Counted from the whole stretch's first letter, positions 1 to 8,525 are shown. The stretch: 62,725 nucleotides of DNA, filler included, from Nanobdellota archaeon (GCA_003660925.1; 3 parts of 3 records of this genome joined end to end with filler, not necessarily neighbours in it); one strand, 5' to 3'. The notes: generated by a model from the letters alone, not told the origin. Program-made: numbers and translations.

Positions 1-1
1 A

Positions 2-421
2 AACCCTCAGGTCTTCAAGTGGGTCTTGTTTCAAACGCTTTATTTTCCCATTGCCATGTTGTTGTATCTCCTTCACGCCTATGCCTTGAAGGAAATTCAC
101 ATAAAACTTTGTGGGGCGAAGGTGGGGAAGGGTGTGACCATTGGAGGACTAATAACAGACCCATGTCTTTTTGAAGTAGGGGATTACACCATCATAGGCG
201 GGTTGTGTACCATCTTGTCCCATTCTGGGGAAAGAGGGAAGGTCATCTTCAAGAAGGTTAAGATAGGTAAGAGGTGTCTAGTTGGTGAAAACTCCACCAT
301 CCTCTGTGGAGCCAGGATGGAGGACGGAAGCATTTTGGGAGCCTCTTCCTTACTGCCTAAGAACAAGGTTTTAAAGGCGGGGAAGGTCTACGGTGGGGTC
401 CCTGCCAGAAAGATAAAGTAA
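2..421 (+). CDS. Membrane-associated left-handed beta-helix (hexapeptide) acyltransferase-like protein, 5'-truncated
   Basis: Frame is open from base 2 (NPQVFKWVLFQTLYFP...). Hexapeptide repeats GAKVGKGVTI / VKIGKRCLVG / YGGVPARKI. Clear paralog of the next gene. Confidence 0.8.
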   Translation, partial: NPQVFKWVLFQTLYFPIAMLLYLLHAYALKEIHIKLCGAKVGKGVTIGGLITDPCLFEVGDYTIIGGLCTILSHSGERGKVIFKKVKIGKRCLVGENSTILCGARMEDGSILGASSLLPKNKVLKAGKVYGGVPARKIK

Positions 422-463
422 TTTCGGTAAGCTTATAAAAGAAGGGGAGGTCAAAAAATACCA

Positions 464-1147
464 ATGAGGTATTCCCTTTGGAAGCTGTTGGCCTTGCTCC
501 TTCTCTTCATTTTCACTTATGGTCTCGGGCTGATTCCCTTGGTGTTCTATATAAAATTCATTCTTTCCTTCCTGGATCTCAACGACCTCATTCATCTCCT
601 CTCCCTCCCATTTCTGATGGTTCTAGGATTCGTCGTCTTCGTGCTCGGCGAGATCTTCTCTACTGGGGGAATGATAAGGCTCTTGAGGTTAAAGTATGAG
701 GAGGGGGTTTATGAGTTGAGCCTAGACGACCCAAGGATGTTCAAGTGGTTGGCCTATCAAGTCATTTACTATCCCTTTGGTTACTTCCTTTATTCTCTAA
801 CGGTTGATCCTTTAAAGGAGATTCATTTGAAGCTCTGTGGGGCAAAGATAGGGAAGAATGTGGCTTTAGGGGGATTCGTAGCAGATCCCTGTTTGTTTGA
901 AGTGGGAGACAATACCATCATCGGAGGATTTTGTGAGATCCTCTCCCACTCAGCTGAGAAGGGAAAGTTGATTGTTAAGAAGGTGAGGATCGGGAGGAAT
1001 TGTCTGGTGGGTGAATACTCCCTGGTCATGCCAGGCGTTAGGATGGAGGATGGGAGCATCCTGGGAGCTCATAGCCTGGCAACAAAGGATCAGATCTTGA
1101 AGAAGGGAAAGGTTTACGGGGGGACCCCAGCGAGGTTGATCAGATGA
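464..1147 (+). CDS. Membrane-anchored hexapeptide-repeat acyltransferase-like protein
   Basis: Two N-terminal hydrophobic helices, then LbH repeats (GAKIGKNV, VRIGRNCLVG, YGGTPAR). GGGGAGG RBS-like motif upstream. ATGA overlap with the next gene. Confidence 0.85.
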   Translation: MRYSLWKLLALLLLFIFTYGLGLIPLVFYIKFILSFLDLNDLIHLLSLPFLMVLGFVVFVLGEIFSTGGMIRLLRLKYEEGVYELSLDDPRMFKWLAYQVIYYPFGYFLYSLTVDPLKEIHLKLCGAKIGKNVALGGFVADPCLFEVGDNTIIGGFCEILSHSAEKGKLIVKKVRIGRNCLVGEYSLVMPGVRMEDGSILGAHSLATKDQILKKGKVYGGTPARLIR

Positions 1148-2541
1148 TAAAGGCGATAAGGAGGATGCAGGAGAGGAAACTCAGGGGATTCGTTAAGTTA
1201 CTTTATCATCACCACCCTTATTACAGGAGATTGATGAAGAAGCTGAAGCTCACGCCGAGGGATATAAGGAAAGTAGACGACCTCAGGAAGCTCCCTCTAA
1301 CGACGAAGATGGAGCTCAGGGAGAATCCAAAAGCCTTCGTCCTCCAGCCCCAAAGGAAGCGCCTGAAGAAAACGCTCTCCTTGAAGCAGAAACTGAGCGC
1401 GCTCCTGAACATGGAGAAGTTCAAGGAGAAAATGAAGTGGGAATATGCCCCGGTCACCTTCTTCGCCAGCTCCGGGAGGACAGGGATGCCCACTCCTGCT
1501 TTCATGACAAGGTACGACTTGGAGCTCTTAAAAGTGAACACTATGGCAGCCATAAAAAGGATAACTAAAGGGATCAAGAGACCTGTGGGGCAAAACATGT
1601 TCCCCTTCGCCCCCCACTTGGCGTTTTGGCACGTCACTCTGGGCCTCCTAGATTACCAAGACATGTTCTGGATAGCCTTCGGAGCTGGAAGGACGGAGTT
1701 ACAGGTAGATGTCATGGAAAAGTTCAAGGTAAACGTGATCGCTGGGATGCCAACCTTCGTGAAGCGAATATCAGACGTGATGGTGGAAAAGGAGAAGAGG
1801 TCTTATGTGAGGAGAGTGGTGCTAGGAGGGGAAAGTGCCCCGAAAGGTTTAGTCAAGGCGATTAAGGACAACTTCTCCGAGAATGGTCCAGAGCCCCAAG
1901 TGATCCAGGGATATGGCCTCACGGAGTCCAAGATGGCCATCTTAGAATGTAGGGAGGGTTCTGGATATCACATCTTCCCCCATATCCACATATGGGAGTT
2001 AGTGGATAAGAATACCTTCGAACCCGTGGAGGAGGACGGGCTCATAGTCTTCAGCCACATAGACATGAGAGGAACGGTGTTCCTGAGGTACTTAACCGGG
2101 GATTTCCTGAAGGGAAGGATAGTTGAAGAAAGATGTCCTTATTGCGGGTCAACGGTCCCAAGGATAGAAGGGAAGATAAAGAGGATAGTGGACATGGAGA
2201 AGAACTTAAAGTCCACCAAGGTGAAAGGCACCCTGATAGATCTGGACGTCTTCGACGAGATCCTCTCCGAGATAGAGGACATCGAGCAATATCAGGTGAT
2301 CATAAAGAAGGAGAACAAGTATGACCCCTATTCTAGGGATGTAGTTGAGATCTATGTGGGGCCGAAAAAGCACGTGATAAACATAGATGAATTGGTAAGG
2401 ACGGTGAAGGAGAAGGTGAAGAGTTACACCGAAATCACCCCGAGGATCAAGATAAAGTCTCCCTCTCAAATCTTCGAGGAGGTCATGGGTCCCTTGAAAG
2501 GTGTTAGGGTGATAGATAAAAGAGAAAAAACTAAAGGCTAA
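1144..2541 (+). CDS. Phenylacetate-CoA ligase (PaaK)-like adenylate-forming enzyme
   Basis: N-terminal PYYR...DLRKLPLTTK, P-loop SSGRTGMP, YGLTE, RYLTGD and C-terminal RVID motifs of the PaaK/F390 synthetase family. Confidence 0.85.
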   Translation: MIKAIRRMQERKLRGFVKLLYHHHPYYRRLMKKLKLTPRDIRKVDDLRKLPLTTKMELRENPKAFVLQPQRKRLKKTLSLKQKLSALLNMEKFKEKMKWEYAPVTFFASSGRTGMPTPAFMTRYDLELLKVNTMAAIKRITKGIKRPVGQNMFPFAPHLAFWHVTLGLLDYQDMFWIAFGAGRTELQVDVMEKFKVNVIAGMPTFVKRISDVMVEKEKRSYVRRVVLGGESAPKGLVKAIKDNFSENGPEPQVIQGYGLTESKMAILECREGSGYHIFPHIHIWELVDKNTFEPVEEDGLIVFSHIDMRGTVFLRYLTGDFLKGRIVEERCPYCGSTVPRIEGKIKRIVDMEKNLKSTKVKGTLIDLDVFDEILSEIEDIEQYQVIIKKENKYDPYSRDVVEIYVGPKKHVINIDELVRTVKEKVKSYTEITPRIKIKSPSQIFEEVMGPLKGVRVIDKREKTKG

Positions 2542-2957
2542 CTCACATCGATCATGTATACCTTATTTACCCCTTTTTTCTTTAGGCTCCTTGCCAAGAA
2601 GTCACCACCATAGTATTTTCTCAACTCTCCAAGGTCCATCTCTTTCACTTCATACTTTTTTATCAATAAGCCTAGTCCTATCATCGCTCTCTGCTGGGGT
2701 TTGTCTATGACTTTTTTCCTGTCCATCCCTTGTTCCGTAAAGAGTCTGTCCAAAGTCTCTCCGATTTTGAGTGCCCCAAGATCCTCTCCTCCATAAACCA
2801 CAAAGACGGACTCTTGTTTACCTACTTTCACATTGTAAACCTGCCAACCAAAGCTCACCTCCCCGTTTATTTCCTTTACTTTTCCCTTAAATCCCAGTTC
2901 TTTCAGCTTATTTTCTACAAGCCCCTTCATCTCCTTAGCTTTCCTTTTGTACGTCAT
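2538..2957 (-). CDS. Hypothetical protein, paralog of 3123..3566
   Basis: 139 aa ORF sharing the motifs LKELGFK, VFVVY, IGLGLLIKKY and KVYMI with its neighbour. Confidence 0.75.
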   Translation of the reverse strand: MTYKRKAKEMKGLVENKLKELGFKGKVKEINGEVSFGWQVYNVKVGKQESVFVVYGGEDLGALKIGETLDRLFTEQGMDRKKVIDKPQQRAMIGLGLLIKKYEVKEMDLGELRKYYGGDFLARSLKKKGVNKVYMIDVS

Positions 2958-3000
2958 AAAAAACTCACTTGGTGTTACTTTATAAATAATTAATGTTAAT

Positions 3001-3109
3001 ATGGTGCACTATTAGTCTGAAGGCAAAAGGAAAAACAAAGCTGAAATCTCCTTCCCAGATATTTAAAGAGGTCATGGGACCACTAAAGGGAACAAGAGTG
3101 ATAAAAAAG
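3001..3109 (+). pseudogene. Chimeric duplication scar: dead copy of the methyltransferase 5' end fused to a copy of the PaaK-like gene 3' end
   Basis: 3001 ATGGTGCACTATTAGTCTGAA (MVHY*SE) resembles 3686 (MVHYYSE). 3044-3109 encodes KSPSQIFKEVMGPLKGTRVIKK versus KSPSQIFEEVMGPLKGVRVIDK at 2455-2520. Confidence 0.8.
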
Positions 3110-3122
3110 AAAGAGTTCTTGA

Positions 3123-3566
3123 TCACTCGCAGTATATGATGTAAACTTTCTTTTTTCCTATCGAGCCCGTCCTTTTTAGGTACTCCATGGTCTCCTTGAT
3201 CTCAGGTGCATTGGCATATGGGCTTTTTTCCAATTCCTGGACCCCAAATTTCCTGATCAAGTGGGCGAGACCGATCACCCCCCCAGTTTTCCCTTGCTCT
3301 TCTAAAGACATATTCACATCCTCTGGGACGCCTATCTCATCTAAAGGCTTCTTTAATTCCTTCAACAGCTTAAGGGTCATGCCGGCGAACTGACTCTTAT
3401 CGAAGTGCTTGGTGTAAGCCAAGAAGACTCCCTTATTCGTGTCGAGCACAAGAGGGCCACGACCACTCAGTCCTACGTGCACTCCTTTTACTTTGAATCC
3501 CTCTTTCTTAAGATAAGCCTTTGCCTCTTTGACCGCCTCCTTTAGTTTCTTCTTCCAGTCCTCCAT
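3123..3566 (-). CDS. Hypothetical protein, paralog of 2538..2957
   Basis: 147 aa ORF with LKKEGFK, VFLAY, IGLAHLIRKF and KVYII. AT-rich TATA-like element upstream. Confidence 0.75.
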   Translation of the reverse strand: MEDWKKKLKEAVKEAKAYLKKEGFKVKGVHVGLSGRGPLVLDTNKGVFLAYTKHFDKSQFAGMTLKLLKELKKPLDEIGVPEDVNMSLEEQGKTGGVIGLAHLIRKFGVQELEKSPYANAPEIKETMEYLKRTGSIGKKKVYIIYCE

Positions 3567-3685
3567 GTTTAGTAAAGGAGAATTCTTTTTTTATATGGTT
3601 TGTTATAGTCGTTGAACTCGTCGTTCACTACCTGGCCGAGTTAAATAAGTGTTAACTTTATTAAAATTGTTGGGAAAGGATAACC

Positions 3686-4273
3686 ATGGTACATTACTAC
3701 TCTGAAGAGCAGGAAGGAGAAAAAAGAGAGGGGAAACTACTCGTCTGGATTAAAGGTCGATATTATGAGCTTTACACGCTCTCGGGAATCTTCTCTTGGA
3801 GAAAGCTAGACAAGGGGACCAAATTGTTGGCAGAGAACATGATAATAAAGAAAGGGTGGAGGGTCCTGGATATGGGTTGCGGTTACGGAATCCTCGGGAT
3901 AGTCGCGTGGGACAGGGGAGCAAAAGAAGTAGTGTTCGTAGATAGAAATCCGAGGGCGGTTGAGGCGGCGAGCGTAAATAAGGATAAATATGGGGTGAAG
4001 GGGGACGTCATACAGAGCAACTTGTACGAAAACGTGAAGGGGAAATTTAACACCATCATCTCCAACCCCCCCATAACCGCCGGCATGGAAACTTGTCTGA
4101 AATTGATAGAGGGGGCGAAGAAGCACCTGAAGAAAGGAGGCCTACTTCAGATAGTCGCGAGGCATAAGAAAGGAGGGAAAAGGCTCATGGAGAAGATAAT
4201 GGAAGTATTCGGAAATTGTGAAGTTCTAGCCAAGAGAGGAGGATATTGGCTTTACCTCTCCAAGAATTTTTGA
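3686..4273 (+). CDS. Class I SAM-dependent methyltransferase (RsmC/MTS-like)
   Basis: HYYS start, GIFS...LDKGT, VLDMGCGYG motif I, SNPP motif IV. Confidence 0.9.
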   Translation: MVHYYSEEQEGEKREGKLLVWIKGRYYELYTLSGIFSWRKLDKGTKLLAENMIIKKGWRVLDMGCGYGILGIVAWDRGAKEVVFVDRNPRAVEAASVNKDKYGVKGDVIQSNLYENVKGKFNTIISNPPITAGMETCLKLIEGAKKHLKKGGLLQIVARHKKGGKRLMEKIMEVFGNCEVLAKRGGYWLYLSKNF

Positions 4274-5025
4274 ACTACAGCTTCCAACTTGCCCCAACCT
4301 ATCTCAATGTACGCTCCCACCTCTTCTTTCTCCAGGGATTTCGGGAGGAACATTCTGAGCCTGACCCTCCCATCGACTTCTGGCTCGAAGAACCCTGTCT
4401 CCAAGATTTCCTCTAACATGGAGAAAGAGGCTTGCTTTTTGGGGTCGAGGCTCATCGTGATATGAGGTCCCCAAGGAGGGACTTCCTCCTCGTGGTCTTC
4501 CGGTAGTCCAGAACAGGATGAACCACTTGTGTACGCGAAGGGTAAAGAATTCACTTTCTTCACGACTTCTTCGATCCCTTTATCTATTGGTGCCTCCCTC
4601 CATGGGAGCTTCCTGTCAAACCCATGAGTCCCCCAAAATTCTTTTTTCATCTCAAAGGGTAACTTCTGAGCTGGCAAGTCCCCAATCACATCCACTTGCT
4701 TGAGGTAGATCTCCCCTTCGATCACGGCCCGAGGCACCTTTAAAAGCCCTAACTCATCGAAATAGGGGCTCTCCTTCAGGCCCTCCACATCCTTTATTCC
4801 TTTCCAGAGTTCTTTTTCTTTCAACAAGTACATCTCCCTTCCCACCAACTTCTCTTCTGAAACCCCTACTTCCCCCTCCCCTAACCTCACGATTCTCTTG
4901 TAAGGGACCTTTCTCCCGAGGATGTTCTCCTCCCCCCTCAGTTCTAACAACACACTGCCCCACTCCTTCTTAGCATCCACTATCGTGAACCTCTCGTAGT
5001 TCTTGTCGTTCTTCACGTTTATCAT
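4252..5025 (-). CDS. Hypothetical protein with a C-terminal Tyw3/Taw3-like motif
   Basis: IDKGIEEVVKKVNSLPFAYTSGSSCSG resembles the D..I.....IN......TTSSCSGR motif of Tyw3. The N-terminal half is unrecognised. Confidence 0.55.
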   Translation of the reverse strand: MINVKNDKNYERFTIVDAKKEWGSVLLELRGEENILGRKVPYKRIVRLGEGEVGVSEEKLVGREMYLLKEKELWKGIKDVEGLKESPYFDELGLLKVPRAVIEGEIYLKQVDVIGDLPAQKLPFEMKKEFWGTHGFDRKLPWREAPIDKGIEEVVKKVNSLPFAYTSGSSCSGLPEDHEEEVPPWGPHITMSLDPKKQASFSMLEEILETGFFEPEVDGRVRLRMFLPKSLEKEEVGAYIEIGWGKLEAVVQKFLER

Positions 5026-5104
5026 ATTTGTTACTTAAAAGAAGTCAATTTATAAATCTGTCGTTAAAAATCTTTTTAAGCCCCTTTTTCCATTTCAACC
5101 ACGA

Positions 5105-5221
5105 GCCGGGGTGGCCGAGCGGTAAGGCGCAGGCCTTGAGAGGTCAGAACCCGGGTGGTTCCAACACTTCCGGAAAGCCTGTGGGCATTTGCCCGCGCAG
5201 GTTCGAATCCTGCCCCCGGCG
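5105..5221 (+). tRNA. tRNA-Ser (TGA) with ~35-nt anticodon-loop intron (5141-5175)
   Basis: Acceptor GCCGGGG/CCCCGGC, anticodon stem CAGGC/GCCTG, long variable arm, GGTTCGAATCC T-loop, G discriminator. Confidence 0.88.
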
Positions 5222-5339
5222 TCTTCTCCGCCAAGGAATTTGAAGTTTCAAGCAAAACCTTTATAAGTTTTGGACCCAAAAGCTACCGTATGGGTGATGT
5301 CTTTTCCTGACGTTCTGAAGTTCGACTTAGTTCTGGGAG

Positions 5340-6674
5340 GTGGTTTCCGTGGTGAGCTTGAAGGAAATTAGGACGAACTACGAGGAGTACGCAAAAGTTC
5401 TGGAGAAGAGATATCTTCCGGGGTACCTTTCGACCCTGAGGAGGTTGAAGAAGCTAGACGCTTCTTGGAGGGAGAATTTGAAGAAGTTAAACGAGTTGAG
5501 GAGGAAAAAGAATGAGCTGTCTAGGAGGATCGCTAAAGGGGAAAGAGGGCTCCTCACGAAAAGCAAGAAGGTGAGCTCCGGAATCGAAAGGTTGAATGAG
5601 AAGGTAAGGAAGATGGAAAAGGAAATGTGGGAGTATCTAAAACTCTTACCAAATTGGTTAGATGAGAGGGTCCCAATAGGGCCAGACGAGAGCTACAGCG
5701 AGCCCGTGAGGTACTGGGGAAGGCCAAAAGTCTGGAAAGAACACCTGAAGGAGTTCGAGAGGCAAACGAAAGGGAAGGTGAAATACGAGTTGATCGACTG
5801 GGAGCCACTCCACCACTATGATCTCGTGAGGGAGTTCAACTTGGTGGAGATGGAAAAAGCGAGCGAGATAGCTGGTTCCAGGTTCTACTTCGAAAAAGGA
5901 GAACTCGTGTTCCTAGACTTAACCCTCTCTCTATACGCCATGGACTTCTTCCGTAAAAAAGGGTTCAACAACGTCTTAATCACTCCCTACATGATGAGGA
6001 GGAAAGTGGAGGAAAGGATAGCTCACATGGACACATTCATCGATGCGTTGTACTCAACCAAGGAGGATGACCTCATCCTCATACCTTCGTCTGAACATCC
6101 CATCTGTGCCCTCTATAAGGACTGCACTTTTAGGGAAAGAGAACTACCTCTGAGGATAGTGGCGTGGAGCCCCGCCTTCAGGAGGGAAGCAGGGGCCCAT
6201 GGGAAAGACACAAAGGGGATCTTCAGAACTCATCAATTTCACAAAGTAGAACTCCATTCTATCACCACGCTAGACGAGGACAGAGAAGAGTTGGAGTTCA
6301 TGGTGGGGGTGGTAGAAGAGTTCATGCAGGGTCTCAGGATCCCATATCGCGTCGTGATCCTTCCTTCTGGAGACATGGATAAAAGGGCATTGATTCAGTA
6401 CGACATAGAAGGATGGTTTCCAAGACAGGGAAAATATAGAGAGTTGGGGAGTTATGCCACCATGGGATGTTGGGTCTCGGAAAAGATAAACACCAAGGTG
6501 AATAGAAAGGGGAGGAGGGAGTTCGTGGCCAACTTATACGGGACGGGGTGTGCCACCCAGAGGACCCTACTAGCCATGTTGGTGAATAACTACAATCCAA
6601 AGAGACAGGCGATCAAATTACCTGAAGCCCTCACTAAGTACGTGGGCTTCAGAGAGATCAGGAAGGAGGAGTGA
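5340..6674 (+). CDS. serS: Seryl-tRNA synthetase (true start probably GTG at 5349)
   Basis: N-terminal coiled coil, LPNW, GSRFYF, motif 2 FRREAGAHGKDTKGIFRTHQFHKVE, YDIEGWFP. Lies next to tRNA-Ser. Confidence 0.92.
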   Translation: MVSVVSLKEIRTNYEEYAKVLEKRYLPGYLSTLRRLKKLDASWRENLKKLNELRRKKNELSRRIAKGERGLLTKSKKVSSGIERLNEKVRKMEKEMWEYLKLLPNWLDERVPIGPDESYSEPVRYWGRPKVWKEHLKEFERQTKGKVKYELIDWEPLHHYDLVREFNLVEMEKASEIAGSRFYFEKGELVFLDLTLSLYAMDFFRKKGFNNVLITPYMMRRKVEERIAHMDTFIDALYSTKEDDLILIPSSEHPICALYKDCTFRERELPLRIVAWSPAFRREAGAHGKDTKGIFRTHQFHKVELHSITTLDEDREELEFMVGVVEEFMQGLRIPYRVVILPSGDMDKRALIQYDIEGWFPRQGKYRELGSYATMGCWVSEKINTKVNRKGRREFVANLYGTGCATQRTLLAMLVNNYNPKRQAIKLPEALTKYVGFREIRKEE

Positions 6675-6739
6675 ACGCTACTCAGAAATATAAGAAGCAG
6701 AACATTAAACTTTAAAATTAGGGAGAAGACTACTACTTC

Positions 6740-8026
6740 ATGGTAGTTGTGAAGTTCTATAACGATAAGGTAGCCTTAGTGAAAGGGAAAGGGAAAGTTC
6801 TGGGTGCCGCTTTCGCTATAGCCACCTCCAACAGGTGGGACCCGAATCCCTTGAATTGGGTAGCTGTCTTCGAAGGGGAGAGGGTGGATGTCCCTTCCCT
6901 CATCCCGGAGGAGCAGGGTAAGTTGAACAAGATGAGGGAGAGATATAGAGGGAGACCTGAGAAGTTCCTCGAGTCCTTGAGGAGGCAGGGACACTACATA
7001 CCTTTCGAGTTCACCGATGCGATCGTGTACTTTCCGAACGCCTCGAGGTGGGAGACCTTCTTCCTGTGGACCCACGTGAACGCCCACCAAAAGGTCATGT
7101 TGGGGGGATTAGAACAGTCCTTGAGGAGGACCATGCCAGGAGGGTTCGTGGATGTCGGAGTAGGAGGTTTGAAGAGGCTCTACGAGAGGGCATCGGAGTT
7201 CTATGGGAGAGCCATTTCTCAGGGGGTCCCCTACCAGGAAGCCAGGAGGGGGCTCCCCATGAACGCCAAGGTTTACATGGCTCTAGAGTACAACCCTAGG
7301 TACATAAACAAGCTGAAGAACGCCCTTGAGCATCATCAGGAAGAGGGAGAACAGGGGTTCAGGAGGAACCCGGAATTCAATGAAGTGATCTCTGGGCTAG
7401 AGGCCCTCTTAGAAGAGGAATGGGGGGCTCCCTTAACGGATGAACTCCCGGCTAGGCCACTAAGCCTCTTCAAAGAACCCTTTGAAGGGGGAGATGGGGT
7501 TTATTACAATCACTTCTTAGAGACGCTGAAGGGTTATGGTTCTGCTAGCATCCTCACCCTCCACCAATTGATAAGGAATAGACAAGCGAGATGGGGCTTC
7601 AACTTCCCGAAGGCCTTGAGGGAACCCTCCTTCGTAGAAGCTCCAGAGTTCCCCCCTGATATCCTGGAAGAGTACGAAGAATTAGGTAATTCTGCAGCGA
7701 TGCTTCAATGGGAGTTGTACGAGAAGGATAGGTTGTTGGCCCCCTACGCCATGCTCTTGGGCCAAAGGGTCCCCTTTGAGATATACATCGCAGGAGAAGA
7801 TGCTTTAAAGGATTTCGCCAAGGCCAGGAGGTGTAAAGGGGCGGTCCAACCAGAGACATTCACCATAGTGGATGACATCTTCAGGAGAGTTGGGCTCTCC
7901 TACGGTCCCTCTTGTTGGACCGGAAAATGCAGGGAAAGGAGGTCTGTAAGGGAGAGGTGTGAGAAGATAACTCAAGAAGACATCGAGAGGTGGAAGGAGG
8001 TCTACCTGAGGCGAAAACCTTTATAA
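6740..8026 (+). CDS. Divergent tandem-domain FAD-dependent thymidylate synthase (ThyX)-like protein
   Basis: EQSLRR, GVPYQEARRGLPMN and TLHQLIRNRQ resemble the ThyX Q.S.RY, EDAR..LP and HQL.RHR motifs. About twice the length of a single ThyX domain. Confidence 0.65.
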   Translation: MVVVKFYNDKVALVKGKGKVLGAAFAIATSNRWDPNPLNWVAVFEGERVDVPSLIPEEQGKLNKMRERYRGRPEKFLESLRRQGHYIPFEFTDAIVYFPNASRWETFFLWTHVNAHQKVMLGGLEQSLRRTMPGGFVDVGVGGLKRLYERASEFYGRAISQGVPYQEARRGLPMNAKVYMALEYNPRYINKLKNALEHHQEEGEQGFRRNPEFNEVISGLEALLEEEWGAPLTDELPARPLSLFKEPFEGGDGVYYNHFLETLKGYGSASILTLHQLIRNRQARWGFNFPKALREPSFVEAPEFPPDILEEYEELGNSAAMLQWELYEKDRLLAPYAMLLGQRVPFEIYIAGEDALKDFAKARRCKGAVQPETFTIVDDIFRRVGLSYGPSCWTGKCRERRSVRERCEKITQEDIERWKEVYLRRKPL

Positions 8027-8050
8027 ACCCCTCCATTTTTCTTCACGTTG

Positions 8051-8524
8051 ATGACAGAGTTCAGGCACATAGTTAGGATAGCTGGGACGGACCTAGATGG
8101 GAGTAAGCCCGTCTACATAGCCTTGAAAGGGATTAAGGGAGTGAGCTTCATGTTCTCCAATGCGGTGGCTAAGGCCTTGAACATAGATAGGAGGAAGAGA
8201 CTGGGGGAGTTAAGCGAGAAGGAGATTCAAAAGATAGAGGAAGCTCTTTCCAACCCTATTAAATATGGGATCCCTCCCTTCTTGCTAAACAGGAGGAAGG
8301 ATTACGCCACCGGGGAAGATAAGCACTTGGTTTCCTCTGACTTGGAATTAACCCAGGACATGGACATCAAGAGGTTGCAGAAGATAAAGAGTTATAGAGG
8401 GATAAGGCACGCCCTTCATCTTCCGGTGAGGGGGCAGAGGACGAAATCGGGTTATACTAGGCCTCCTTTCAGGAAGCAGAGGAGGCAAATGGTGGTAGGA
8501 GTTAAGAGGAGGAAAGTGAAGTAA
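8051..8524 (+). CDS. rps13: 30S ribosomal protein S13 (uS13)
   Basis: FRHIVRIAGTDLDG, SYRGIRH..LPVRGQRTKS. Confidence 0.97.
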   Translation: MTEFRHIVRIAGTDLDGSKPVYIALKGIKGVSFMFSNAVAKALNIDRRKRLGELSEKEIQKIEEALSNPIKYGIPPFLLNRRKDYATGEDKHLVSSDLELTQDMDIKRLQKIKSYRGIRHALHLPVRGQRTKSGYTRPPFRKQRRQMVVGVKRRKVK

Positions 8525-8525
8525 A

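Noticed and set aside
5028..5279. Short ORFs overlapping tRNA genes (also 15353..15553 and 61855..62234)
   Set aside because: They are spurious translations of tRNA sequence.
5290..5336. Possible C/D-box sRNA or uORF (MGDVFS*) in the serS leader (GTGATGT...CTGA...CTGA)
   Set aside because: The C box is imperfect, only 6 nt separate it from the first CTGA, and there is no terminal stem. The evidence is insufficient.
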